A stretch of 64,000 bases of DNA from Octopus vulgaris (Eukaryota). The notes beneath the pieces were generated by a model that saw only the letters and a list, made by a program, of their open reading frames with translations, was not told the origin of the DNA and searched no databases. This document shows positions 27,869 through 41,184 of this stretch, one piece after another; within the stretch, counting starts at the first letter, position 1; every line of letters begins with the position of its first letter. The stretch covers positions 85,126,001 through 85,190,000 of the forward strand of contig OX597818.1 of NCBI GenBank assembly GCA_951406725.2. Reading direction: 5' to 3'. Both the position numbers and the translations under genes were made by a program.

Positions 27869-28367
27869 GCAAAAAAACACCCAAAACATGAAGGCTACAG
27901 GGCTAAAACAACGTAACTCTCCACCACCACACACACACTATATACTGTAAATATATATAAATATATATATACTATTAATTCATTTATTTATTTCTAAAAA
28001 TAGTTAATAAATGTTAGAATACTAATTAGATGGGTCATGGTGTGCGACGGTTCAGCACTCCTAGTTTATACATTTTATCCCCGCTTTCTTGAGCTATGTG
28101 CAACTCCTCATTGTGTGTTTATGTGACTAACTGGTTATATCTGATTACTTTATAGTATGCTTGCTTTCATTTAGATGGCTGTCATTTCTGTTGGGTGTGG
28201 TTTATTCTCTTGCATGAGTGAATGTGTGTGTATACAGACACACACACACACCGTACCCGCTCACCTTTCTCTTTTATAAACCTGACACTGCAACGGGTTT
28301 CACGTTATACGAAAACATAACAGTCGCATAACTTGTCAAATGTTAAACGTAAACACACACACACATA

Positions 28368-28411
<44 letters not shown>

Positions 28412-28713
28412 TTTATTTATTTCTAAATAGTTTAGTGTTAACATATTTAATGTTGTGAGCATCGAATATCTAATTGGAAATAATTATGTTTTGGGGAAAG
28501 ATAACGTTAGCTCAATTACTAATAATATTTTTATCATTTTCCGTAAGTAGGCAATGGCATGTTTTGTATAATTACCTCGCTTTGTAACTCTTTGGTTTTG
28601 GGTTTAGTACCACTGCGCAAGCACCTTGGGCAAATGTCTTCTATAGCCTCAGACCAACCAGTGCCTAGTGAATGAAGTTGTATGATGAAAACTGTGTATG
28701 TCTGTCGTGTGGT

Positions 28714-29100
28714 GGGGTGTCTTTTCTGTTTGGTTGCACCTGTAGAAATTGTAAAGTTTAGTGAAAATTTTAAAATTTGGTGTATTGTAATTTTCCATAC
28801 TGAATGTCAAGGGCTAATTCACTTCTTACCAAATGTGTTTTGAGCATTTAACAAGCGCAAAATAACATTGTGGGTAAGCAGCTTGGCTTGTTATTAAGGA
28901 AACAGGCACTTATATATCTGTGGCTTTCGACTGGCTAAAATTATCCAAAATTTGCAAACTTTAACAGTATTAATTTATGTCGAAAATAAATTTCATGTCA
29001 ATGATTATCATACAAAACTACATCAATACATCAAATATGAAATCAAAAGGAACAAAAACTGAATAAATTGAAAAGTGGCAGCCAAACAGAAAAGATCTTC
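28714..29100. mobile_element. TIR non-autonomous DNA element (~385 bp), superfamily unassigned
   Basis: tcttttctgtttggttgcac pairs with gtggcagccaaacagaaaaga; a partial second copy lies at 23731-23835. Confidence 0.75.
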
Positions 29101-29524
29101 TGCGTGTATGTAATCTTTGTGTGTCTGTTTATCCTCTCACACACACATACACACAAACCAAACCGCTTAATTTGTACCATTTTTTCTTCTACCGCTTTAC
29201 AAGTAGCAGCCTACTTTTTACAACAAGACTTAGAACCGGTTTAGTAAAAGCACTCAAACTCGTATGTTTAGCCTATATCTACACTTTTATTTTATTTATC
29301 CAAACTCTGAGATGCTAACGATAGCGCTGTTGTGAAAATTTGGACAGAGCAGTCTAATCTGAAACAGACTGAGCTGATCATCGTCATCGTTTTAACATCT
29401 ACGTTTACATGCATGGGTCTTTTCCTAAATACATAATTATTTCCCTCATTTTCCTTCCACTTTCACCCTCATCTTCCTCCCACATCATATATATATGTGT
29501 GTGTGTGTGTGCACGTATGTTTAT

Positions 29525-30170
29525 ATTTTACGTGTTTCTGTTATTGGACTACTGGTGTACTGCTTTGAAGGGTTTGGTTCACTAAATCTATCCCAGTACT
29601 TAGTTCTGTCGGTCTCTTTTCCCCCGAAGTGCTAAGTTACTCGGACGTAAACAAACCAACACCAGTTGCCAAACAGTGATGGGGAACAAACGCATATACA
29701 CTCATACTCCATATATATATGTGTGTGTGTGTAGCACCTTGGGCAAGTGTCTTCTGCCATAATCTCGGATTGATCAAAGCTTTGTGAGTGAATTTGGCAG
29801 ACGGCAACGGAAAGAAACCAGTCGCGTTTGCTCCCCACCACCGCTTGACTTGTGGTGGTGTGTACACATCCCAGTAACTTAGCGAATTGGCAAAAAATGC
29901 CAATAGAATAAGTACAAGGGTCGATGCGTTCGACTAAAACTTTTTAAGGCATTGCTGCAGCATGGCTGCAATCTAAATGATTAAAACAAGTAAAAGAGAA
30001 AATACACCCACACGCAAACACACAACAGGCGTCTTTCAGTTTGCTAAATCCACTCACAAGGCTTTCTTTGACTCGGGGCTATAGTAGAAGCCACTTGCCC
30101 AAGATGCTACACAGTGGGACTGAACCCAAGAACCGTATGGCTGGTAAATTTTTTACCACGCAATCACACC
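29525..30170. mobile_element. Cluster of nested, opposed SINE A fragments
   Basis: Minus tail, plus body and minus head fragments adjacent to one another. Confidence 0.75.
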
Positions 30171-33100
30171 CTCATCTCCCACATTTTCCTTTCCTCCCGC
30201 CTCATTCTCAATTTCCACCCTAATCCTTGTCTTCCTCCCATTTCGTCCTTCATTTTCATTCTTATCTTTACCTTAAGTCTCTCTCATCATCATTTTGTTT
30301 TTTACATGCTGTCAATCGATATATATTTAAAAGAAAAGACTCGCTGTGTACATGGCTGGATGAATTCAGTCTGATTTCATTAGCTTTACTTACTGGAAGA
30401 CGGCGGTGGATTGTGGCTGACGACGGGTGATGGGAGAGGACTGTTTTCTGAACGACACAGGCTCTGTCTGTGTCCACTTAATTATGCAAGTCTATCTTCG
30501 TTTCTTTCGGATGGCACCGCTCTCTTTCTCTCTCCTCCATTTCTTTCTTTTTCGTTATCTTCTTTCATTCTTTCTCTTTTTGCCCTCCATTAACCTTTTT
30601 CTCCACATACACTTACTCCAATCATGTCACTGATAAACCGAAAGCCCTTATTAAACTAACGACTGTTGCTTGAGATTTGAGTCCTGTGATTTTTATCCAC
30701 TCTCCTCTCACTGTTCTAAGTCTATGTTTCTGTCTCCCTCTCTCTGTTATTCCATCCTTCTCTCTTTCTCTCTCTAAACGCCGAGCGCGCGCTCAATATT
30801 GGTTCAGATTTCTATATCAAACACGACGCTTTTCTGTCTCTCTCTCACACTCTCTTTGTCTTTCATACACTTTTCCTCTCTCTCTCACATACTCTATCTC
30901 TCTTTGTCTCTCACACACATTCAAACACACACGTACACAAATATAAACAGCATAGGTTTAGATATTAAGTATTAACACTAATTTTGTTTGTGTAGCAGGT
31001 CGGACAACCTTTATGAAGTCATTTGACTTGCTAGAAATATCAGCTAAACATTCCTCTATTTGATAGCGTAGTCGTGGCCCTAATAAATAACCATAGAAGT
31101 GCTCTCCTAGGGGTAATTTGACGCTTGACTACATCAGAGCTCTGACTCGAAAATAGCTTTATCTGTTAGCTCTGTCATATCTCCATGAAGATGGGCCACT
31201 GCGTTCTGGGTTCTAATCCAACCAATGTCAACGTTATCCTATATTTCTCCGTGGGGGCGGGTGTCGATTAAGATAAAATAAGATACGAAGAACTGTAATT
31301 GATAATAATAAGCAAACCTTCCTCCCTTCAAAGTTTCTGGCATTGCACCAAGCAGTAGATTAGTAGAATCGTTAAAGCGTTGAATAAAAGGCTTAGTCGT
31401 ATTTATTTCCATTCTTTACATTCTGAGTTCAAGTCCTACCAAGGCCAGCTTTGCTGACATCCTTCTGGTTTCAGTAAAACAAAGCACCAGTTAATTAACT
31501 TTCCTCCTACCTCAATAGTGTTTTTTTTTTTTTACCTCCATTTAAAAAAAAATTAATTGGCAGTACTTGAGCTGAACTACGCTCGAGAAATGATGTTCAG
31601 GACTTCATTATCCTGAATAGCTTCACGAAATTTGAGGATCATTTGCCTGTTGTTTCTGCCAAGTTAAGCAACCATATAAGATCCAGATTTTCCCTACCTA
31701 TTTGCATTGAAAAGGCCCGAAAAAGTTTCTAGACGTTACCACTTGGCTTGCATTTTTTTTTATCGTGTGGACTAATTTGAGAAAATTTGGTAGCTATATC
31801 TAACAGATCGAGTTACCACGTAAATCTTCATTATTTAGTCCCGTGAAAGTTCTAACTGAATAAAATGGAGGGTCAAACGGCATTCCTGCTTTGATTGCCT
31901 ATCTTTTTTGGTAATATCTATATTCCCTTATCAAGACGGCAGGTGTGTGACTGGGAGGTTATTTTTATTTGGTTGGCATTTCTAGCCGGTCGGACGACCG
32001 CATAGGGGATCCTCCTGGTTGCCATCCGAAGTATCAGCTATTTCATATTGTTTGGTGCCTTATATGTAACGAGATGTGAGTGTATATTATAGTAGTGTGT
32101 GAATGTTTACGCGCGCGTGTATTTATATACACACACACACACTTCCCCTTCATTACTTTCTTCGAGCATCAAGCATATATATTCACCGTGAACGTCCTTT
32201 GGATTTCTGTTGTTTTTTGTGTTTGAATTCGTCGTTCGTTATCGATTATCCTGTGTGTGTGTGCCCTCACACACAGTGAACAACAAGCATAGTTACATGT
32301 ATGACACATGGTGTGTTTTACACAATCGTAAACCAAAACCCTTTTATATTACTCACTCGACATATTCTTAAAAGAAAGAAATATTCCCAAAGAATTCCCT
32401 CAATTGATAAGCATCTGTCCTTCCTATCAGCCAGTTCCAAACCACAAACCTTCAAAGCTTTCTTCTGCATTCAAGCCTGAAAACACAGCATCAAGAGAGG
32501 TTCAAGCAGATGCCTGTATATAAGCAGTATCTATCTATATCGTATATCGACTCTGTTTGCGTGACATGTCACCTTCTATTATTACTACCACCACAACCTC
32601 TTCTTAATGGGGTATTTTCGCTATTTTTACGTCCATGCTTCCATGAAAATGGTTTTTCCTTGGAGCAATCGTTTTTTTCTTCTTTTTTTTATCATTATTA
32701 TTACTTCAAGACCTTTTGCTGCTTGCTAAGTCATTCAAGTGTGAAGTTTGCAGTTTGTTTTTAGAAAGGCAAGTAGATTTAATATGCCTTTATTTCCCAC
32801 GATAATAATACAGAGGGCGTATAAAGATTTAGACTTGCGATTTGTATTTGGTTAATAATCCGGCACCTTAAATACACCTACCTCTTAACACCTCCTATAC
32901 ATCATATGTATGTAATGTACGAATACACTAGCTTTGGATTTTTTTCTCATTTGATTCGCAAAGCCCGATTTACTTTTCTTTCTTTTATACAAAAGGTAGA
33001 AGAAAATTAATAGGATCTGATTATCTAAAATTACTTGAAATGTTAATCTGTAGTGGTTAGCAAATTTTTTGTTATTATTGATTTTTCCAAAAATTCATGT

Positions 33101-33899
33101 GATTTGGGTAATTAACTTGCAAGATCACATCTCATTTTATCTATTTCATTGTTTGTCATTGTACTGTGGCTGTGCTGGGGCCACTGCACTGAAAGGTTTT
33201 AGTTTGAAGGCATATTAACTCCAGTACACGACTGCAGTGCTTTTTTTTTTAAAGTCTGTTACTTATTGTATTGAAAACATCAGCCGAACTGCGTAGCTAC
33301 GGGTACGTAAACAAACCACCACCGGTTGTCAAATGGTTGTGGTGGCAAACATCAAGATGCATACATCATTTATATATATATATATATAAATTTCAGCAAA
33401 ACAATTAAGATTCAAATGAATATGGTACTTAACTTAGATGCATCATAATTCTTTATGGTATTAACCATAAAATTATGTGGGGTGATTATAACCAAGAATG
33501 GATCATTCTTGTTACTTTTTTCTTGGTTATATATAATGAGAATCTGGGGCTTTTGAAAATGTACCCGAATCTCAAAACATACAGTCGTTTTTACATTCTG
33601 TTATAGATTTATTAAAATATTAAACCGGTTTCGACATTCGGTCTGTTTGGAGCTATAGTAGAAAGACACTTAAGTCAGAAACTACACGGCTGCAAAGCGA
33701 GCTCCTTAACCACGCACGAGTTCTGTGAAGAACACGGAAAAGATGTCTAGATTTATAGTTTGTGAGGACCTCTGCCAACAACGAAAACTATTTTAGATCA
33801 CGATGGGGGTCCTCTCAACCAACTAGAAATAACATCGAATCTTCAAATCTCACCTTTTATCTTTTTTTTTTCTTCTCTTCTCTCGGTCTTGTTATGTCT

Positions 33900-34178
33900 G
33901 TACTTTACATTTGATAACGTGATGCTGTGTCGTCTACGCTTTCCTTTTGATCACACGATTGTGTATCGTCTGGTATTTCCATTTGATCACGTGATGCTGT
34001 GACGTCTACTCTTTCCATTTGATCACGTGATACGTGTCGTCTGCTAGGTGTGCCTTCGAACAATGTATTTCTCCGTTCTGTCGTTACCCTTGTTTCCCCC
34101 CTCTCCCCACACAAACCTCCAGTTACTCTTTCGTCTCGTTTTCCCCCTTTCCAGATTTTTACATACGTACACGTACGT
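33900..34178 (+). promoter_or_regulatory. Candidate promoter and short non-coding first exon
   Basis: CpG-retaining sequence, E-box array, pyrimidine-rich Inr-like ccagtt at ~34119, donor-like CAC|GTACGT at 34173 lying 376 nt upstream of the exon that starts at 34549. Confidence 0.3.
33903..34045. repeat. 4 x 36-bp minisatellite carrying (A)TCACGTGA(T) E-box palindromes
   Basis: Units start at 33903, 33939, 33975 and 34011; consensus ctttccatttgatcacgtgatgctgtgtcgtctacg; perfect ATCACGTGAT in units 3 and 4. Confidence 0.9.
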
Positions 34179-34677
34179 ATACATTCTTTCTAATAAATGC
34201 TTCTTGTGTGTCGTCTATTTTGAATTGAAGTTTAATGAGCAGAATAAATGCGAATTAAAGTATATCTCAAACACACACGCCATTTACTTTTTGTTGGTAT
34301 CGTCTACATATAAATTACAATATCTGTTTATGCTTCTGTTAGTGTCTATATCTATCTATTTCTCAGTACCTCTACTTATTTATCAGTATATCTATTCCTT
34401 AGACTGTCTATTTATCTCTCAGTATATTTATCAGTCTCTCTACATCTCTCAGTATATCCATCCTTCCATCTGTCTGTCTGTCATGTATCTGTCACTCATA
34501 ATATATACGAATAAGCGCCGTAAAGTTTTAATAAAATATATTTTACAGACTGCAAAACTAATCTAACTTTACCGAACTCTCAAGTAAAGTGGATAGATAT
34601 GTTTATATTAAAAGTTGACTGACTACTCCGAGTTCTTATCCCCCACCCCCGGGGGTGCTGAACTGGAATCTATCAAC

Positions 34678-34769
34678 ATGGGGTTGTCAATGAAAAGCAT
34701 AGCCATACAGAGAAAAAGTTTATCTCGGAAAACTAAATCAAAAATGGAGGAAAAGAGTTTATGTATAAA
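34678..34769 (+). CDS. Candidate first coding exon of an unidentified large gene (MGLSMKSIAIQRKSLSRKTKSKMEEKSLCI + 2 nt); exon probably 34549-34769
   Basis: Non-repetitive sequence. Acceptor ttttacAG at 34548, caacATGg start context at 34678, 30 open codons + AA, then donor AA|GTGAGT at 34770; the unspliced frame stops immediately (AAG TGA). No recognisable domain. Confidence 0.45.
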
Positions 34770-36292
34770 GTGAGTATTCTCGTCGACCCTAACGTATAAG
34801 ACTCTAACAGCTAAATTAATGCCGCTGGACTTCCCATACAAATAATTTATTTTTAGTGATGAATGCATGTGTAGGACTAGCTACATATTTTTTTTTATGT
34901 GTGTGCATGTGCAAATGTTGACAAGAAAAAATTGCTGCAAATGTTAGCCACAAACTCAAATCAAGTATTTACGTACCTCACGCTTCTGGATCAGTTACCT
35001 TCGCCATCTCTTAACAGTAGAACCCACCTTGGTAGACGACATGCGCACCTTGGCATCAAATTAAATATTTTTAAAACTTCGCATATGCATGCATGGCTGT
35101 GTATCGCTTGAAACCGTTGTTTGTGTATGCACGTACCCGTGGCTTAGCGGTTCGGCAAAAAGTACTGAGCTTTAGAAAAAATTAAATACTGGGGTCAATT
35201 GGTTCGACTAAATTCTTGAAGGCAGTGCCCTACCATCAGTTTAATGACATGCGTATGTATGTGTTCATACACACGTTTATGTGTGTATATATGCATATCT
35301 CCGTGTGTCTAATTACCTACACATACACACTCAAATGAAATGTATTTTCTTTTCCCATTCAGTATTTTCTTCTTTCATTCATTCTCTATATGGAAATATA
35401 ATTTTTTTTCCCTGAAACCTTTATAATTCACAGCCGCCATTATATAGCAGACGATACATCAAAAAGATATTTTCCTCATGACATATTTCCGTTTCTGTGT
35501 ATTTTTAACTTCGTATATTTGATTGTTTCTTTCTTTTTCTTTTTTTCCTTTGTATCATTTCTTTTAAAAATGGTATTTTCTTAAATATCTTGCTTTTTAT
35601 TTAAACGATTATTTTCGGTACGCTATATTTCTTTTTCCTTTACATTTTTGCTACTAAATAATTCAGCATGTCATATATACATACAAGTATATATATATGT
35701 GTGTGTGTGTGTATAAAAGCTTTGAAACCGGATTTAAACCTTAATCTTTTCATCAATTGATATTTTTCCCTTTTGTTATTCTAAAGGATTTTTCTATGAG
35801 TGTATGTGCATATATATATTGTGCCCAAGGCTTGCAACAATTTTATGTACTCTTTTATACAATTACAGCATGTATGTGTATATAATGTCAAATCTCTTTT
35901 ATGCTTTCACAAAATAGTTACCGTGCTGCGAATATTCAACGTCGATGATATTCATTCAAATTTTGCAGTCATAGAAGGTCCACCATAACCTTCGTACATA
36001 CTCTAAACTTGGCTCGTAAATTTTAGGGTTGTATTTTTTAAAATACGATATATGTAACTTCATAAAATAGACTTTTGGAAGCTATCATATTTTTACTTAA
36101 TTTCGCTGGATATATGTCGAACAGAAAACTATGAGGGTGATTGCACAGAGCTACTCTTTATGTAATCCTGTTCACCTTACATTTCTTTCTTTCGTATAAA
36201 TGAGACCCTCGGGGGAAACAAAATATATTGTCAGAATCACGGTTATTAAACTCTTTGTTCTAAGTAGCCTGATAACCGTGTGTGTGTGTGGC

Positions 36293-36300
36293 TGACGTCA
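36293..36300. promoter_or_regulatory. Full CRE palindrome TGACGTCA
   Basis: Exact 8-mer at the edge of the CpG-retaining domain; function untested. Confidence 0.25.
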
Positions 36301-37191
36301 TAAAAATTGATAAGCTTTTCAAGGGAATATGAAATCTCTTTTGGAATAATGGATCTTGAAGCACATATTATAAACGTCTGTATTATATTGGATGTAAAAT
36401 GCTCTCATGCAAACACCCAATGTACATTGTATCTTGTATATTGCATATGTTTATATACCAGAACCTTGTGAATAGATTTGGCAGGGCAAAACTCTAAGCC
36501 TATTATATTTATAAGTGTATGTGTGTTTGTGTCTCCTTGTCTTGACATTGCTTGGTAGTTTATATATAAGTGGTAACTGCCATGCCCAGCAGTGACATTA
36601 GTTTCTTATATTCTACAAAAACATGTTTGGCCATGCAGAAAAAATATTACCTTGCTTGGAAACAGGTAAAGATTGGCAACAGGTTGGGCATCCTACTGCA
36701 AAAAAACTGGCCTCAATAAACACTATTTGGAAAAGTGGACATAAAAGCAATAATGATGATATTTCTGTGTGTGTGTGTGTGTGTGAGTATGCAGGCTGAA
36801 ACTTCGAAGTCACTGTCAGCACTATTGTTAAAGAATAATAAATATGTAGTCTATAAAAAGTTTTGAGTAAGCCTTCTGGAATATAAGGCATGCTTTTTCT
36901 CCAAAAAATTCCTCCTAAAAGTCACTCTGAACCTTGTGAGTGGAAGGTTAGGTTATAAGTTGACTTGGTTAGCGTTATTAATGGTGGAGGTTAGTGGTGA
37001 TATTTGGTAGCGTTAAGTAACTTAGCCTACCATAATAGCTTACCAAAGGGCATCAATCTAAATTTTCATGGATCCTATACATTAAAATGTCTGAGACATT
37101 CTGAGTTAGCTGCAGTTATTTCTTGATTTGACAGATTAGGTCTTCCAAGATTAAGGGGTGCCTTTCTTATATGCTTGAAAATATGATTATA

Positions 37192-37382
37192 CATGAGGGG
37201 GTGCTGAAAAGCTCCTGGTTTTAAAGGTGTCACAAAATGCCTGCTTGGAGGCCCAACTTTTGAGTTCTTTTACAGGGCTTAGAAAAGCTGAAGGACTGCT
37301 GCAATAAGTGTGTGAATGTAAGAGGGGAATATGTTGAATAAAATCATTAACTGATCCTCCTGTATTTTAGTATCCCCTCGTG
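37192..37382 (+). mobile_element. mariner-derived MITE (~190 bp)
   Basis: Imperfect TIRs catgagggggtgctgaaaa / ttttagtatcccctcgtg; internal remnant FLQGLEKLKDCCNKCVNVRGEYVE* matches the mariner transposase C-terminal pattern. Confidence 0.8.
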
Positions 37383-37388
37383 TGTTTG

Positions 37389-37433
<45 letters not shown>

Positions 37434-38161
37434 TTGCTTGTTTTTTTCCACCATAATTAGACACAAGATATTCTTTCTTGTAGCTCATTTTTTGATACTG
37501 TCATGTGCCATCCAAATCTTTGAGACTGTCTGTCTGTATGCTAGATACTGCAAAATAAGTTTTAATAATAGATATATATATTCATGTGCATATCTTTCCA
37601 ATCATTTTGCTATCAACTGTTTCTGAATTCATAAACCCTCACTAATCAAGCTGGCTAATTTGTGTTCTCGGTGATAAATCAAAAGTCAGAAAAATGAGAC
37701 AAGATGTCCTTACTGCTGAAAGATACTATATATATCCATGGAGATGTTGGAGACTTGAACCAGCAACAAGGACTACCAAGTTTGACAGTTGTTTTATATT
37801 TTGTATCTTTGCCTCATTCTGATTTTACTTGTTTGTTCATCTGCATATATACCCATCTGCTTGCTTGTTATTCTCGTCATTTAAATCACAAATGATTTGA
37901 ACCGACATACTGTCCACTGTGTCTATATGTGCTGTGTATGTATATACATGTGCGTGCATGTGTTTACTGTGTGCATATATACGTGTGTATATGTGCACAC
38001 ACACACAATGAGTTAGAATGTGTCAAATATATATCTACATACATATGCACATAACGAGAAGGTGATAACAGAGGCACACTTTTAAACATATATGTGTGTG
38101 TATATGTACTTCTGTGAGTGTGTGTGTATATTTGTGTGTGCATATAACGGATAAGAATACA

Positions 38162-38220
<59 letters not shown>

Positions 38221-38546
38221 TTCTGGAGAGGTGATAACACAGGCACACTTGTAAACATAGTCACATGTGTTTGTGTGTGCATATACATTTTTATATACAT
38301 ATAATGGCTAAGAATGCATCACACACACACACACACGCACACACATAGAACAAGGTGGAGATAACACACTCACGCAAATGCATAGGAAGTGTGAAAGAGG
38401 ATGTATATATATGAGTGAGACAGCCAGTAGGTAAAATCTGTCACCATAGATTATTAACAAGACATCATAAAACAAAATGCACAGGGGAGAGAGGGAGAAA
38501 GAGAGAGACCTTAAGACTATGGTCGCACTCTGTCTTATGGTCTTAT

Positions 38547-39568
38547 GGTACAAACAAGAGTGGTGCGTGCACACACACAAACACACACACTATCTGCAGG
38601 GGAAAAAATCCTACAATGTAGCTATTTTTGTTTTCATTATTTACAATTTAACTATGTACTGATAAAAATTCCATAATACAGCTTAATACGGCAAAAAAAA
38701 GAAGACAAAATAAAGCAAAAAACAAAACGCAAAATCAGATTGACTGACAGTTGAGTAACTATAGGGAGATACACATGAATATATAATTAGGGTTCATTTT
38801 TGTTTCAAGATGTCGTACATGGTGTACAATGTGAAGAACTTTATTAGATTTTTACCATAGAGTAACATCATATACTGATGAAGAGTGGCAATGATATAGG
38901 CATCCAAATGGTACAGCAATACTGAAGCCTATCTGCCTGCCTGCCTACCGACCTACCTACCTACCTACATTCCTACCTACCCACCTACCTACCTACCTAC
39001 CTATCTGCCTGCCTACCTATCTACCTACCCACATACCTACCTACCTACCTACCTACCTATCTATCTACCTACCTACCTATCTATCTACCTACCTATATAT
39101 CTACCTACCAACCTATCTACATACCTACTTACCTATCTATCTATCTACATACCTACCTACCTATCTACCTACTTATCTACCTACCTATCTATCTACCTAC
39201 CTATCTATCTATCTACCTACCTGTCTATCTGCCTACCTATTTATATGTATATATCTAATATAGTAGCTAACATATGAGCTAGCATATGATGATATATCTC
39301 CCAGTGAATGATGTATGATTGCTCAGTAATGAGGGACAGAAGGAACTGCAGTAAATTTGTAGAAATAAGAAAGCAACATTCAAACAAATGCACATTGAAA
39401 TGAAAAGTCATAAGGTACAAACAAGAGTGGTGCGTGCACACACACAAACACACACACACACACTCACTATCTGCAGGGGAAAAAATCCTTCAATGTAGCT
39501 ATTTTTGTTTTCATTATTTACAATTTAACTATGTACTGATAAAAATTCCATAATACAGCTTATTATGG
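38547..39568. repeat. ~145-bp direct duplication (38547-38691 and 39414-39568) bracketing a (CCTA/TCTA)n tract
   Basis: ggtacaaacaagagtggtgcgtgc...ccataatacagctta is present twice, near-identical. Confidence 0.9.
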
Positions 39569-40852
39569 AGTTAATTTGTTTTTGTTATTTACAATTTATG
39601 TACAGATAAAAATTTCACAATGTATCTAATTTGTTTCTAGTATTTACAATTTTAATATGTACAAAGAATTTTATTCAATTTGATGACTATACATATGTAT
39701 TTTCAGCCCTGAAGATGTTTTACACTGTCAATTATAAGCTATACACATCCACACAATCACAACACAACGCACACTCACACAGACAGACAGAGATAGAGGG
39801 ATAGATAGAAAGAGGTAGAGATAGATAGAGGGATATATAGAGAGATAGATTCATTCAATCCAGAGACGTGCCATTGAGGTAGGCAAGGTAGGTAGTGCCT
39901 ACCTTGAATAAAATAGATTGATAGCAACATTTTCCTTTTATGGCAAAATATGCACCTAATTCAATAAAACTATGAAGGATAGTCTGATTACTATGCATAA
40001 AAGGCAACATGTTTTATTTGTTTGTAGATAGGTAGTCATAATTCAGCCCTGCTTTTCAATCTCAGTATTTAAGCTATGCATAGTACTGTTGTAGTACATG
40101 CGCTGAGAACATTTCTACAGCACTGTTTTCTTTATGTGCTATAAAAGCAGAAAGAGGCACCTACAACTCAGTCACATGTTTGCATTTCAGTCATTTTTTT
40201 ATGTGTTTTACTACATAAAAGTCACCAGCTGTCTACCCTAAGTATTTACTGATGGTACGTGCCTGATACATTTCAATCATTAGACTGCAGACATGGACAC
40301 TACCTTGAAGGATTTTAATTGAACAAATTAACTAAAGTACTTTTATTTTTTCTAAAGTCTGGTACGTATTCTGTTGGTCTTGTTTTGCTGAAGTGCTAAG
40401 TTACAGGGACATAAAGCACTACCAGCTGATGTGCATTTGGGAAGGAGGCAAAGAAACACACAATTAATTGCATGCAAATATACATAATTTATTCAAAAGG
40501 TGTCAAAATTATAATGATTTGGGGTTAACTGACGTGGGGTGAGCATATCCACAAACATCCATTTTGTGATTTTCCAGTTTTCCATATGTTCCTTCATCAT
40601 CCTCATGTGCCACATTTTAGCATCATTTATAAATACACACACACACACACACAAAATTCTTGTTATGTGTGTAATAAACTAGGTGCTCCAGCATGACTGC
40701 AGTGACATGATTAAAAAGAGGAAGATAAGTACATATAATTTGTGCTCATGTTGACTTGTTGCCTAAAAGTCTAATTCTAATGTTAGAATAGAGTGCTACT
40801 CTTAATGTTGATTACCGATCATTTGCAAGGAAACGCACTGTCTGCAATCTAT

Positions 40853-40907
<55 letters not shown>

Positions 40908-41105
40908 TGCACACACACACACACTTGTATGTATGTATGTATGTATGTAAATATGTTTTTAAAAATGGTTATATTCTTATGTTTGAAGTCTATACAGTCA
41001 TCTGACAAGAACAGTTCCTTTCAAATTGATGTAATGTTTTCATTAATCAATTAAAGGAATTGCTTGAAACAGCCGTAATGAATTGACACCTGTACATCTT
41101 TGTTA

Positions 41106-41184
<79 letters not shown>

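Noticed and set aside
33903-34045. CRISPR-like 36-bp periodicity
   Set aside because: Units are contiguous with no spacers, no cas genes are present, and the context is eukaryotic.
33905-34114. Minus-strand ORF with 12-aa repeats (SRDQME...)
   Set aside because: A by-product of the 36-bp minisatellite; GTG start and no other coding support.
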